64,000 bases of DNA from Nannocystales bacterium (GTDB lineage: Bacteria; Myxococcota_A; Polyangia; Nannocystales; Nannocystaceae), in NCBI GenBank assembly GCA_050633305.1, contig JBOEGF010000024.1, positions 373,702 to 437,701 on the forward strand, given 5' to 3'. Of this stretch, positions 46,727 through 54,952 are shown one piece after another. The position numbers were made by a program, and so were the translations under genes. The stretch's first letter is position 1, and the number at the start of each line of letters is the position of its first letter. The notes below the pieces were generated by a model, which had not been told where the DNA came from, did no database searches, and was given only the letters and a program-made list of their open reading frames with translations.

Positions 46727-47589
46727 GCAACAAAGCCGTGGTGACGTGTGCCCTGACCGGGGTACTGACCAATCCCAAACAACATCCGGTGCCGGTGACG
46801 CCCGAGGAGATGGCCGCCGCTGCGAAAGAAGCGTTCGATGCGGGGGCCAGCGTGATGCATGTGCACTACCGGCGTCAGGAAGACGGGATGGGTCACCTCC
46901 CGACCTGGGACCCGGAGGTCTGCGGCACGATCACCGAGGCCATCCGAGCGGCCTGCCCCGGGGTGATCATCAACATGAGCACTGGGGTCATCGGACCGGA
47001 CGTTTCCGCTCCGTTGGCTGCGATGCCCCGTGTCAATCCGGAGATCGCGGCTTGCAATGCGGGAACGCTGAACTACCTCAAGACTCGCCGGGACGGGTCC
47101 TGGGCTTGGCCTCCCATGGTCTTCGACAACCCCGTCGCGAAGATCCAGGAGATGATCGAAGCGATGACGCCTCTGGGAGCGAAGCCAGAGTTCGAGTGTT
47201 TCGATACCGGCATCGTTCGCTCGGTCGGACTGTTCGTGGAGAACGGCATGGCGGAACGTCCGCACTACAACTTCGTCATGGGCGTTGCCTCGGGCATGCC
47301 AGCCGATCCCGACCTGCTGCCGTTGTTGCTGCGCTACATCAAGCCTGGCAGCACTTGGGAGGTCACGGCGATCGGTCGGGCCGACATTTGGCCGCTGCAC
47401 CAGAAGGCAGCCGAACTCGGAGGCGCGTTGAGAACCGGGGTGGAGGACACCTTCTACTTGCCGGGCGGCGAGCGTACCTCGGGCAACGGTCCGTTGGTCG
47501 AGAGCATCGTGGAGTGTGCTCGCAACGCGGGACGCGAGGTCGCGTCACCGCAAGAGGCAAGGACGCTGTTGGGACTGCGTGCTGGGTGA
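46723..47589 (+). CDS. BKACE/DUF849 beta-keto-acid cleavage enzyme
   Basis: TCALTG, PVTPEE, AGASVMHVH, KPEFECFD, RTGVED, GREVASPQEAR. Confidence 0.92.
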   Translation: MSNKAVVTCALTGVLTNPKQHPVPVTPEEMAAAAKEAFDAGASVMHVHYRRQEDGMGHLPTWDPEVCGTITEAIRAACPGVIINMSTGVIGPDVSAPLAAMPRVNPEIAACNAGTLNYLKTRRDGSWAWPPMVFDNPVAKIQEMIEAMTPLGAKPEFECFDTGIVRSVGLFVENGMAERPHYNFVMGVASGMPADPDLLPLLLRYIKPGSTWEVTAIGRADIWPLHQKAAELGGALRTGVEDTFYLPGGERTSGNGPLVESIVECARNAGREVASPQEARTLLGLRAG

Positions 47590-47604
47590 CGGGGTTGGAC
47601 CCCG

Positions 47605-47952
47605 TCAGGCTCGGGCCTGGGACGTCGCATGGATGACGGCCGCGATCTGATCGAAGACGCTCTTGGGACAGGCCGCGTCCGCGCCCGCGGAGCACAAGGC
47701 CGCGTTTCCCTGCGCGTGTGATGAGATCGCGATGATGACGAGCTGGGACGCGTTGGCTCGCAGACTGCGAACGACCGCGTCGCCTTTGCCATCGGGAAGG
47801 TCGTAGTCCACCAGCGCGCCGTCGAAGCCGCGGACACGGAGCCCGATGGCCTCGGCAACCGTGGTCATGAGCGTGACATCGTGCTCGAACAGGAATCGCT
47901 CGATGACGACTTCGGCGAACCGCTCGTTGTCCTCCACCATCAGCAACTTCAT
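47605..47952 (-). CDS. Single-domain response regulator receiver
   Basis: LLMVEDN, LVDYDLPDGKG, IIAISS, AGADAACPK; ATGA-coupled to the MocR gene. Confidence 0.85.
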   Translation of the reverse strand: MKLLMVEDNERFAEVVIERFLFEHDVTLMTTVAEAIGLRVRGFDGALVDYDLPDGKGDAVVRSLRANASQLVIIAISSHAQGNAALCSAGADAACPKSVFDQIAAVIHATSQARA

Positions 47953-49391
47953 CCGTCCGGGGCTCCTTCGTGATAGGCCGAGGCGAGGCGCTCGACAGCC
48001 TCGAGCAACTCGTCGGGGGTGTGGCGCGCGAACCCGATGCGGAGGTTCGGGGCGGCACGTCGGCTCAGTGTGAAGCTGCGGCCCGGGTTCACCCGAACCC
48101 CCCTCGCGAGCGCGCGCTCGGCCCACGACTCGGCGGAAACACCAGGCCGCACCTGGGTCCACAGCGCGAGGCCGCCCGCAGGCACGGTGAAGTGGAGGGC
48201 ACCATCGAGCCGAGCCCGAAGCGCATCACACAACGCGTCTCGACGCTCGGCGTACTGACGACGGGTTCGCCAAATGTGGCGCTGGACTTCGCGGTCTTCG
48301 AGAAGGTCCGCCACGGCGGCCTCGAAGGCCAGACCTCCTTGGCCGTCGAGGCTCGTCCGCAACGCGAGCATCGCCGCGAGGAGGTTGGGCGGGGCGACGA
48401 CCCATCCGATGCGGATGCCCGGCGCCAGCACCTTCGAGAGCGTCCCGAGGTAGACGACGACACCGCGGGGATCGTGGGCCGCGAGGGGCTGCACGGGCTG
48501 GGTGTCGTAGTGGTATTCGTTGTCGTAGTCGTCCTCGATCACCGCCACGCGTTGCTTGGCCGCCCAGGCCAGCAGTTGCAATCGCCGGCTCGCGTTCAGC
48601 GTCGCGGTGGTGGGGTACTGGTGGTGGGGGGTCACATAGACGGCGCGCGGAGATGTGCCGTCGAGCTGTTCGACCTTGAGTCCGGCTTCGTCGACGTCGA
48701 TTCCCCGAAGCGTCGCGCCGGCATGTTCGAACGCGTCCCAAGCCGGTGCGTAGCCCAGGCGCTCTACGGCGAGTTCGTCCCCCGGCCGCAGCAGCGCGCG
48801 GGCGACCAGTGCGAGCCCCATCTGGCTCCCGCGGGTGATCAGAATGTCGTCTGCGGTCACCGAGAGACCGCGCGTGTGGGCGAGCATGGTGGCGATCTGT
48901 TCACGCAGCCGGAGCTGGCCCTGCGGATCTCCATACTCCAGGGTGCGACCCCCAGGCTGTCGTACCACCCTCCCGAGGGCCCTGGCGAGCAGTTTCCGAG
49001 GGACGAGCCGAGGGTCGGGGAGGCCGCCTCCGAGGTCGAAGGGGGCTTGTACCCGGGGACAGCGTCGGGCTCGGACGGGGTCCACGGTAAACCCCGTCCG
49101 AGCAGCAAGCGCGCTCGAGCCCCCCACCGACTTGCGCGTGGGCAGGCCGATGGCGATCACGGTGCGCCGTGCTTGGACTTCGATCCAGCCTTGGGACTCG
49201 AGTTCACGGTATGCGGCCACGACGGTGTTGCGATGGACACCCAGGCTCCGCGCCATTGTTCGGCTACCGGGGAGAGTCGAGCCGGGCTTGAGCCGTCCGC
49301 GCCGGACACACTCCGCGAGAGCGCTTGCGAGCTGGGCGAACAGCGGGACGGAGTCGCCGCGGTCCAGCGAGAGTAGGAGTGGCCAGTCCAC
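47949..49391 (-). CDS. MocR/GabR-family regulator (GntR HTH plus PLP-binding domain)
   Basis: LPGSRTMARSLGVHRNTVVAAY, YVTPHHQYPT, IEDDYD, GTLSKVLAPGIRIG. Confidence 0.93.
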   Translation of the reverse strand: MDWPLLLSLDRGDSVPLFAQLASALAECVRRGRLKPGSTLPGSRTMARSLGVHRNTVVAAYRELESQGWIEVQARRTVIAIGLPTRKSVGGSSALAARTGFTVDPVRARRCPRVQAPFDLGGGLPDPRLVPRKLLARALGRVVRQPGGRTLEYGDPQGQLRLREQIATMLAHTRGLSVTADDILITRGSQMGLALVARALLRPGDELAVERLGYAPAWDAFEHAGATLRGIDVDEAGLKVEQLDGTSPRAVYVTPHHQYPTTATLNASRRLQLLAWAAKQRVAVIEDDYDNEYHYDTQPVQPLAAHDPRGVVVYLGTLSKVLAPGIRIGWVVAPPNLLAAMLALRTSLDGQGGLAFEAAVADLLEDREVQRHIWRTRRQYAERRDALCDALRARLDGALHFTVPAGGLALWTQVRPGVSAESWAERALARGVRVNPGRSFTLSRRAAPNLRIGFARHTPDELLEAVERLASAYHEGAPDG

Positions 49392-49420
49392 TGGTCTGTC
49401 CAGAATATCGAAAGTGGACC
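49386..49420. promoter_or_regulatory. Putative MocR operator (direct and inverted TGGWC boxes)
   Basis: GTCCA at 49386 and 49398, TGGTC at 49392 and TGGAC at 49415, clustered at the short divergent junction. Confidence 0.45.
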
Positions 49421-49455
49421 TTTTGGGGCATCCATATGTCTCGCAAGGTTGCGGG

Positions 49456-50499
49456 ATGCGAAAGTCGATCTACCGGGCGAGCGAGGCCGAGGCGGTGGCT
49501 GTCTTCGAACGGGCGCCCTTCGTCCATGTTGCGGGGACGAACGCGGTTGGTGACGTGATCCTGCGAACGTTGCACGCCGTTGTGGTGGGGGACGCCTTGG
49601 TGTTTCACGGTGCGTTGGCCGGGGAGAAGCTGGAGCTCGAGGGCCGCCCGGTGGTGGTCTCGGCGGAGGAGGTCGTCGCGGAGGTTCCCAGCTACGCGTC
49701 GGACCCCGAGCGTGCGTGCCCCGCAACGACCTATTACCGCGCCGCCCAGGTCCGGGGGGTCTTTGAGCCTGTCGAGGTTGCGGAAGCCAAGGCGTCCGTC
49801 ATGCAGGCGCTGATGGTCCGCTTTCAACCCGAAGGTGGGTACGTCCCGATCACTTCGGATGGCCCCTTGTACCGCCAGGCACTGCGTGGGCTCCGGGTCT
49901 GGAGGGTCGGGCTGCGGGGCGCGGTCGCAAAACACAAGCTTGGTCAGAACCGCCGGCCGGAGCAGCTGACGAAGGTCGTGGAGATGCTGTGGCGTCGAGG
50001 GGCGTCCGGAGACCTCGCGGCAATCGAGCTGCTCCGCCGCAGCCGCCCTGACCTTCCGGTCCCGGCGGCTCTTGGCGCGCCCGATGGGGTCACGTTGTGC
50101 TGCGCACCGTCGGCCGACGACGCCCGGGCGGTCGCGGACCTACTCGAGGGGACGTACTGGAACGAGGGCGTGACGCGGGAGCGTCGGGCTCGAGCTCACC
50201 AAGGGTCGGCGGCGTGGCTGGTTGCACGTTGGGGTGAGGCGGTGATCGGTAGCGCTCGCGTTGTCAGTGACGGTGCGCGCTTCGGGTACCTGGCAGACGT
50301 CGTTGTCGACGCGCAACACCGAGGTCGAGGGGTCGGTTCGGCCTTGTTGAGGGCGGTGCTCGATCACCCCGCCGTCCGTGACGTTGACCGAACCCTGCTA
50401 CGCACACGCGATGCCATGCCGCTGTACGAGGCGTTCGGGTTTGGGCTCGACTGCGGCCGGTCGGAGATCCGCTCGATGGTTCGACCCCGACAGCCGTAG
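49456..50499 (+). CDS. Split-barrel FMN-binding (PNPOx/PaiB-like) domain fused to a GNAT acetyltransferase
   Basis: FHGA..GEK, CPATTYY, KHKLGQNR; C-terminal YLADVVV...HRGRGVGSAL...LYEAFGF. Confidence 0.85.
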   Translation: MRKSIYRASEAEAVAVFERAPFVHVAGTNAVGDVILRTLHAVVVGDALVFHGALAGEKLELEGRPVVVSAEEVVAEVPSYASDPERACPATTYYRAAQVRGVFEPVEVAEAKASVMQALMVRFQPEGGYVPITSDGPLYRQALRGLRVWRVGLRGAVAKHKLGQNRRPEQLTKVVEMLWRRGASGDLAAIELLRRSRPDLPVPAALGAPDGVTLCCAPSADDARAVADLLEGTYWNEGVTRERRARAHQGSAAWLVARWGEAVIGSARVVSDGARFGYLADVVVDAQHRGRGVGSALLRAVLDHPAVRDVDRTLLRTRDAMPLYEAFGFGLDCGRSEIRSMVRPRQP

Positions 50500-50690
50500 T
50501 TGGGCGCCGCTTGCGATGCGCGTTCGTCGCACTGGCTTCGATTCACGCCGCGCAAGCCACACACCCGGGTCCTTTCGGTGTCTGAGGGCCTGCGATCGCC
50601 AAAAGAGGCCGCGCGGTGAAGGAACGGACTGTTGGCGGACATTCAAGCGCTGTGGGCGGCTCGCGCATGCCCTCACACGCAGGTTCGATC

Positions 50691-51812
50691 ATGAATACAC
50701 ATCGATTGTTGGCGACGTCTGTTCTGGCTCTCTCCTTGGCCGCTTGTGATGACACCGGGGGTGGTGACACCGGGGGGACGAGCGGGGCGGGCTCGACGGG
50801 TTCTACGTCGGGCGCGTCGGACTCGGCATCGGCATCGGCATCGGCATCGGCATCGGCTTCTGCATCCGGAACCACGACGACGGACGGAACGACGACCAGC
50901 GACAGCGCGACGGTCGGCGAGTCCTCGACCAGCGGCGGCAGCTCTTCGGGCAGTTCGGGTGGAGCCTCGGAGTCGACCGGCGGCGAGGGGTCTTCGACTG
51001 GAGAAGAGACCTCCTCGACCGGCGCCGCAAAGGCTCTTCCCGACCTCGACATGAACGACCCTGGTGTCATCAGTGACACCCAGGACAGCGTGTACATCGA
51101 GACGATCAACGTCACGAAGGCGTCCTGCGGTTTCCAGGACGGGTGTCTTGCGGGCACGGGCGAACGGCGGGTCCTCCGGTTCGACACGATCACCCCGAAC
51201 CTGGGAGACGCCGACTTCTTCGCCGGAAACCAGATGACGAACCCGGACCTTTTCGAGTTCAGCGAGTGCCAAGGCAGCTACGTCCTGGCTGACTACGCGC
51301 AGTACAGGCTGCTCGACGGCGACGGCAACGTCGTCGCAAACGGTCACAAGGCGGCGTTCGCCCTGATCGACCTGGCGATGTGGGTCCCGGGCTCGGGCCC
51401 GGGGCAGTACGGGTTCAACAACATGGGCATCACCGTCGGTTGGGCCGACATCTACGGCGCCGGCCTGACGTGCCAGTGGGTCGACATCACGGATGTGCCG
51501 CCGGGTGACTATGTGTTGGAGCTGAGCATCAACCCCGAGCACGTCATCGAAGAGTCCAACTTCGACAACAACATCCTTCTGCTCGATGTCGAGGTGACCG
51601 AGGGCGACACGGGACCTGGCGGCGTCGAGGTGCCCAAGGGCTGGAACTGCCCTGGCGGCTACTACGACGCAGCTGACGGGTGCGACTGCGGATGCGGAAT
51701 TGTCGACCCCGACTGCGCGGACGCGACGGTCGAGTCGTGCGGGTTCTGTGGCGATGGTTGCGGTACCACCTGCCTCGACATCGATCCGGACGACAACGCC
51801 ATCTGCATCTGA
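50691..51812 (+). CDS. Lysyl-oxidase-like lipoprotein lacking the Cu-binding His triad, with a C-terminal Cys-rich module
   Basis: Lipobox LAAC; LPDL, RRVLRFD..TPNLG.ADF, GHKAAF, GWADIY..LTCQWVDITDVPPGDYVL..INP..IEESNFDNN; tail WNC..YY...GCDCGCG..DPDC. Confidence 0.9.
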   Translation: MNTHRLLATSVLALSLAACDDTGGGDTGGTSGAGSTGSTSGASDSASASASASASASASGTTTTDGTTTSDSATVGESSTSGGSSSGSSGGASESTGGEGSSTGEETSSTGAAKALPDLDMNDPGVISDTQDSVYIETINVTKASCGFQDGCLAGTGERRVLRFDTITPNLGDADFFAGNQMTNPDLFEFSECQGSYVLADYAQYRLLDGDGNVVANGHKAAFALIDLAMWVPGSGPGQYGFNNMGITVGWADIYGAGLTCQWVDITDVPPGDYVLELSINPEHVIEESNFDNNILLLDVEVTEGDTGPGGVEVPKGWNCPGGYYDAADGCDCGCGIVDPDCADATVESCGFCGDGCGTTCLDIDPDDNAICI

Positions 51813-53641
51813 TGAGACGCGCACGGATCTTGTCTTCGGTATTGGGCGGCGTGGGACTGCTGGCTTCGGGCGTGGCTGAGGCCGCGCCCACGCAGCCGGG
51901 CGAGCTGACCAATCCGCTCGTCCGCGTGGAAGAGTGCGAGTACTGCCACACGTTCAACAACGACGCCGACGACCTCGAGGATCCAAGCTACGCGCCGTAC
52001 TTCAGCTGGCGGGGGTCGATGATGGCCAACGCCGCGGTCGACCCCGTGTTTTGGGCGGGCGTCGCCATTGCGAGCCAGGACGCGGCCGCGGCCGAAGAAA
52101 CCGAAGCGTGCATTCGTTGCCACTCGCCCCGCGCCTTCCTCGAGGGCCGGGGGAGCGCAACCTCCATCGATGACTTGCAGGATCGCGATCTAGCCGGGGT
52201 GACCTGCGAGTTGTGCCATCGCATGGAGGATGACGGCGGCATTGGGAATGGGCAGTACGCCGTCGACGACACGCTCGTCGGCGGCAACGTGCCACGGCGT
52301 GGGCCGTGGATCTACGGTGCGGACGATATCGAACCGCCCCCGCACAGCTGGGTTCAGGACACGTTTGTCGGGTCCTCCGAGGCCTGCGGAACCTGCCACG
52401 ATGTCACCACCGAGCGCCCGCGGGTCGACGATGATGGCGAGCCGACCGGTTCCAACTTCAATGAGCAGCGCACCTACAGCGAGTGGGCCGGCAGCGCGTT
52501 TGCGGATCCAGGCGTGGACTTCCGGTCTTGCCAGGACTGCCACATGCCCGCGGTCGAGGACGTGGCGGGCTGTCGCGACCACGTGGGTGTGCACGAGCAC
52601 GAGAGCGGCGGACGACGGCACGACATGGTGGGCGCCAACCGCTTCGTCGTCAGCCTGTTGGCGGAGGACGCGACCGTCTTGGATAACGTGGCGTTCAGCC
52701 ACACGCTCAACGTCATGGACGAGTTCCTGGAGACGGCCGCGACGCTGGAGGTGAGCTTCGCAGGCCCTGCGGACCTGGGAGAGGGACTCGACGGCCCCTT
52801 CGTGACGGTGACGAACCTGACCGGGCATAAACTGCCGACCGGATACTCCGAAGGCCGCGTGATGTGGCTCGAGGTCATCGTCCGCCACGAGGGCGAGGTT
52901 CTGTGGGAGTCCGGGACATGGGACGAGGCCCAGGGGACGATGCTCGAGGACCCGCAGTTGCGGACGTATCAAGGCGTTGCGGATTCGTATTCCACCGGTG
53001 AAACGCTGCATCTGCTTCGCAACGACCACTGGGTCCTCGATACCCGCATTCCGCCCCGAGGTCTGACGCCCGATCCGCAGACGGATCCCGTCGGTTCCCG
53101 ATACGCGGTCCAGGACGACGGCACGTGGCCGCACTTTGACGAGGTGGAGTACGCCTTTGACCCGGTGCCCGAGCTTGCCGACCTGGATGAAGGGGAGCTG
53201 GAGGTTTCGGTCCGGCTGCTCTATCTGGTGAACACGCGCTCGTACATCGACTTCCTCGCCGCGGAGAACCAGACCAACGACGCGGGCAACGACGTCGCGA
53301 TGTTGTTTGACGGCGCTGGGGGAGCGACACCGATGGTGCTCGCGCACGATGTTCAGCTCGTCCCGATCGCCAACCTCGGCGGAACCTCCACCGGGCAAGG
53401 GAGTACGTCCGCTGGGAATCCGAGCTCGAGCGGAGATGTCACCTCCGGTGGAGGCGGTACGACCACGAGTGGTTGGCCGTCGTCGGCGACGACGACGGCC
53501 AACGATGCCGGCACGTCATCGGGCACGGACGAAGTCTGTGACACCTGCGAAGGTGGCTGCGGCTGTACGAGCGGGGAGGGCGGCAGCGGATGGCTTCTTC
53601 TGGGGTTCATCGGCTGGGCGATACGCAGGAGGCGACGATGA
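51812..53641 (+). CDS. Pentaheme c-type cytochrome with a MYXO-CTERM-like anchor
   Basis: Signal peptide; CEYCH, CIRCH, CELCH, CGTCH, CQDCH; WRGSMMANAAVDP, GHKLPTG; C-terminal GCGC...WLLLG...RRRR. Confidence 0.9.
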   Translation: MRRARILSSVLGGVGLLASGVAEAAPTQPGELTNPLVRVEECEYCHTFNNDADDLEDPSYAPYFSWRGSMMANAAVDPVFWAGVAIASQDAAAAEETEACIRCHSPRAFLEGRGSATSIDDLQDRDLAGVTCELCHRMEDDGGIGNGQYAVDDTLVGGNVPRRGPWIYGADDIEPPPHSWVQDTFVGSSEACGTCHDVTTERPRVDDDGEPTGSNFNEQRTYSEWAGSAFADPGVDFRSCQDCHMPAVEDVAGCRDHVGVHEHESGGRRHDMVGANRFVVSLLAEDATVLDNVAFSHTLNVMDEFLETAATLEVSFAGPADLGEGLDGPFVTVTNLTGHKLPTGYSEGRVMWLEVIVRHEGEVLWESGTWDEAQGTMLEDPQLRTYQGVADSYSTGETLHLLRNDHWVLDTRIPPRGLTPDPQTDPVGSRYAVQDDGTWPHFDEVEYAFDPVPELADLDEGELEVSVRLLYLVNTRSYIDFLAAENQTNDAGNDVAMLFDGAGGATPMVLAHDVQLVPIANLGGTSTGQGSTSAGNPSSSGDVTSGGGGTTTSGWPSSATTTANDAGTSSGTDEVCDTCEGGCGCTSGEGGSGWLLLGFIGWAIRRRRR

Positions 53642-54912
53642 CGCGAACGAGAATCCTTGGAGTTGTGTTCGCTCTTGCCGCATGCGGCGACGCTCCCGGT
53701 ACGCGTTCCACCGATGGTTCGAGCGGGTCAACGGCGGAGGCAGGCTCGACCACTGCGTCCTCCGATGGAGGCGCGTCATCGGAGTCGAGCGGGGGCGGCA
53801 CAACGTCTCCAAGGGCGACCGGGTCCAGCGGGTCCAGCGGGGCGGATTCGAGTGAGACCAGCACGGGAGCCGGTCCGCTCGAGGTGACTCCGTGGGAATG
53901 GGCTCTGCCGCCAGGCTTCCCGCAGCCGGTCGTCCCGCAGAGCAATCCGATGACCGTCGAGGGGGTGGAGCTGGGTCGACACCTCTTCTTCGACACCCGG
54001 TTGTCGGTCGACGGCACATACGCCTGTTCGAGTTGTCACGACCCCGAATCTGCCTTCACCGACGGCCTCGCGATGGCCGAAGGCGTCACGGGCCAGATTC
54101 ACACCCGGGGCTCGATGAGCCTCGCGAACGTCGCCTACGCGGGCACGCTTGCCTGGGCGAACCCCGAGCTCCTCGACCTCGAGACCCACGCGCTGGTTCC
54201 GATGTTTGGCACCGAGCCTGTCGAGATGGGCTTGATCGACGAAGACGACCTCGTCTCACGGATCGCCAGCGAGCCGGTGTACGACGAACTCTTTGCGGCC
54301 GCGTATCCCACGGACGCTGACCCCATCACGCTGGCTCATGTGACCCAGGCGCTCGCGTCGTTTCAGCGCTCGCTGATCTCGGGCCGCGCTCCGTTCGACC
54401 GTTGGTTCTTCGAGGGCGACGAGGAGGCGATCAGCGAGGCAGCCAAGCGGGGGTGGGACCTCTTCAACGTCCCCGGCGAGTGCACCTACTGCCACTTCGG
54501 ATTCAACTTCTCCAACGCGTCCTACTTCGAGGGGATGCCTCAGCGGCCGCTGGAGTTTCACAACACCGCGCTCTACAACGAGGATGGCCAGGGCGGATAC
54601 CCGGCGGGCAATGAGGGGCTCTACGCGTTCTCCGGGGAGGATGCGGACATGGGCAAGTTCAAATCCCCGACCCTGCGAAACATCGCCGTGACCGCGCCGT
54701 ACATGCATGACGGCAGTATCGCGACGCTGGAGGAGATGCTGGAGCACTACTCGGTCGGCGGCCGTGTCGAGTCTCCCAACGCCGACCATCGGATGCGCAC
54801 GTTCACCCTCAAGGACGACGAGGTGGCAGACCTCATCGCATTCTTCGAGAGCCTGACGGACGACGCATTTCTCACCAACCCCGCCCACGCCGACCCTTGG
54901 GTCGGCCGCTAG
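53638..54912 (+). CDS. MbnH/MauG-type di-heme enzyme (bCCP superfamily) lipoprotein
   Basis: AGGAGG RBS, lipobox LAAC, WALPPGFP.P.VP..NPMT...ELGRHLF, CSSCH, CTYCH, FKSPTLRNIAVTAPYMHDGS, LEHY (Tyr at the heme-ligand position). Confidence 0.9.
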   Translation: MTRTRILGVVFALAACGDAPGTRSTDGSSGSTAEAGSTTASSDGGASSESSGGGTTSPRATGSSGSSGADSSETSTGAGPLEVTPWEWALPPGFPQPVVPQSNPMTVEGVELGRHLFFDTRLSVDGTYACSSCHDPESAFTDGLAMAEGVTGQIHTRGSMSLANVAYAGTLAWANPELLDLETHALVPMFGTEPVEMGLIDEDDLVSRIASEPVYDELFAAAYPTDADPITLAHVTQALASFQRSLISGRAPFDRWFFEGDEEAISEAAKRGWDLFNVPGECTYCHFGFNFSNASYFEGMPQRPLEFHNTALYNEDGQGGYPAGNEGLYAFSGEDADMGKFKSPTLRNIAVTAPYMHDGSIATLEEMLEHYSVGGRVESPNADHRMRTFTLKDDEVADLIAFFESLTDDAFLTNPAHADPWVGR

Positions 54913-54952
54913 GCGGGGCGCCATCCCACGGGGGGCCGGGGCCGGGCGTAGG

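Noticed and set aside
50823..50858. (TCGGCA)n repeat
   Set aside because: Encodes the (SA)n low-complexity lipoprotein stalk and is in frame.
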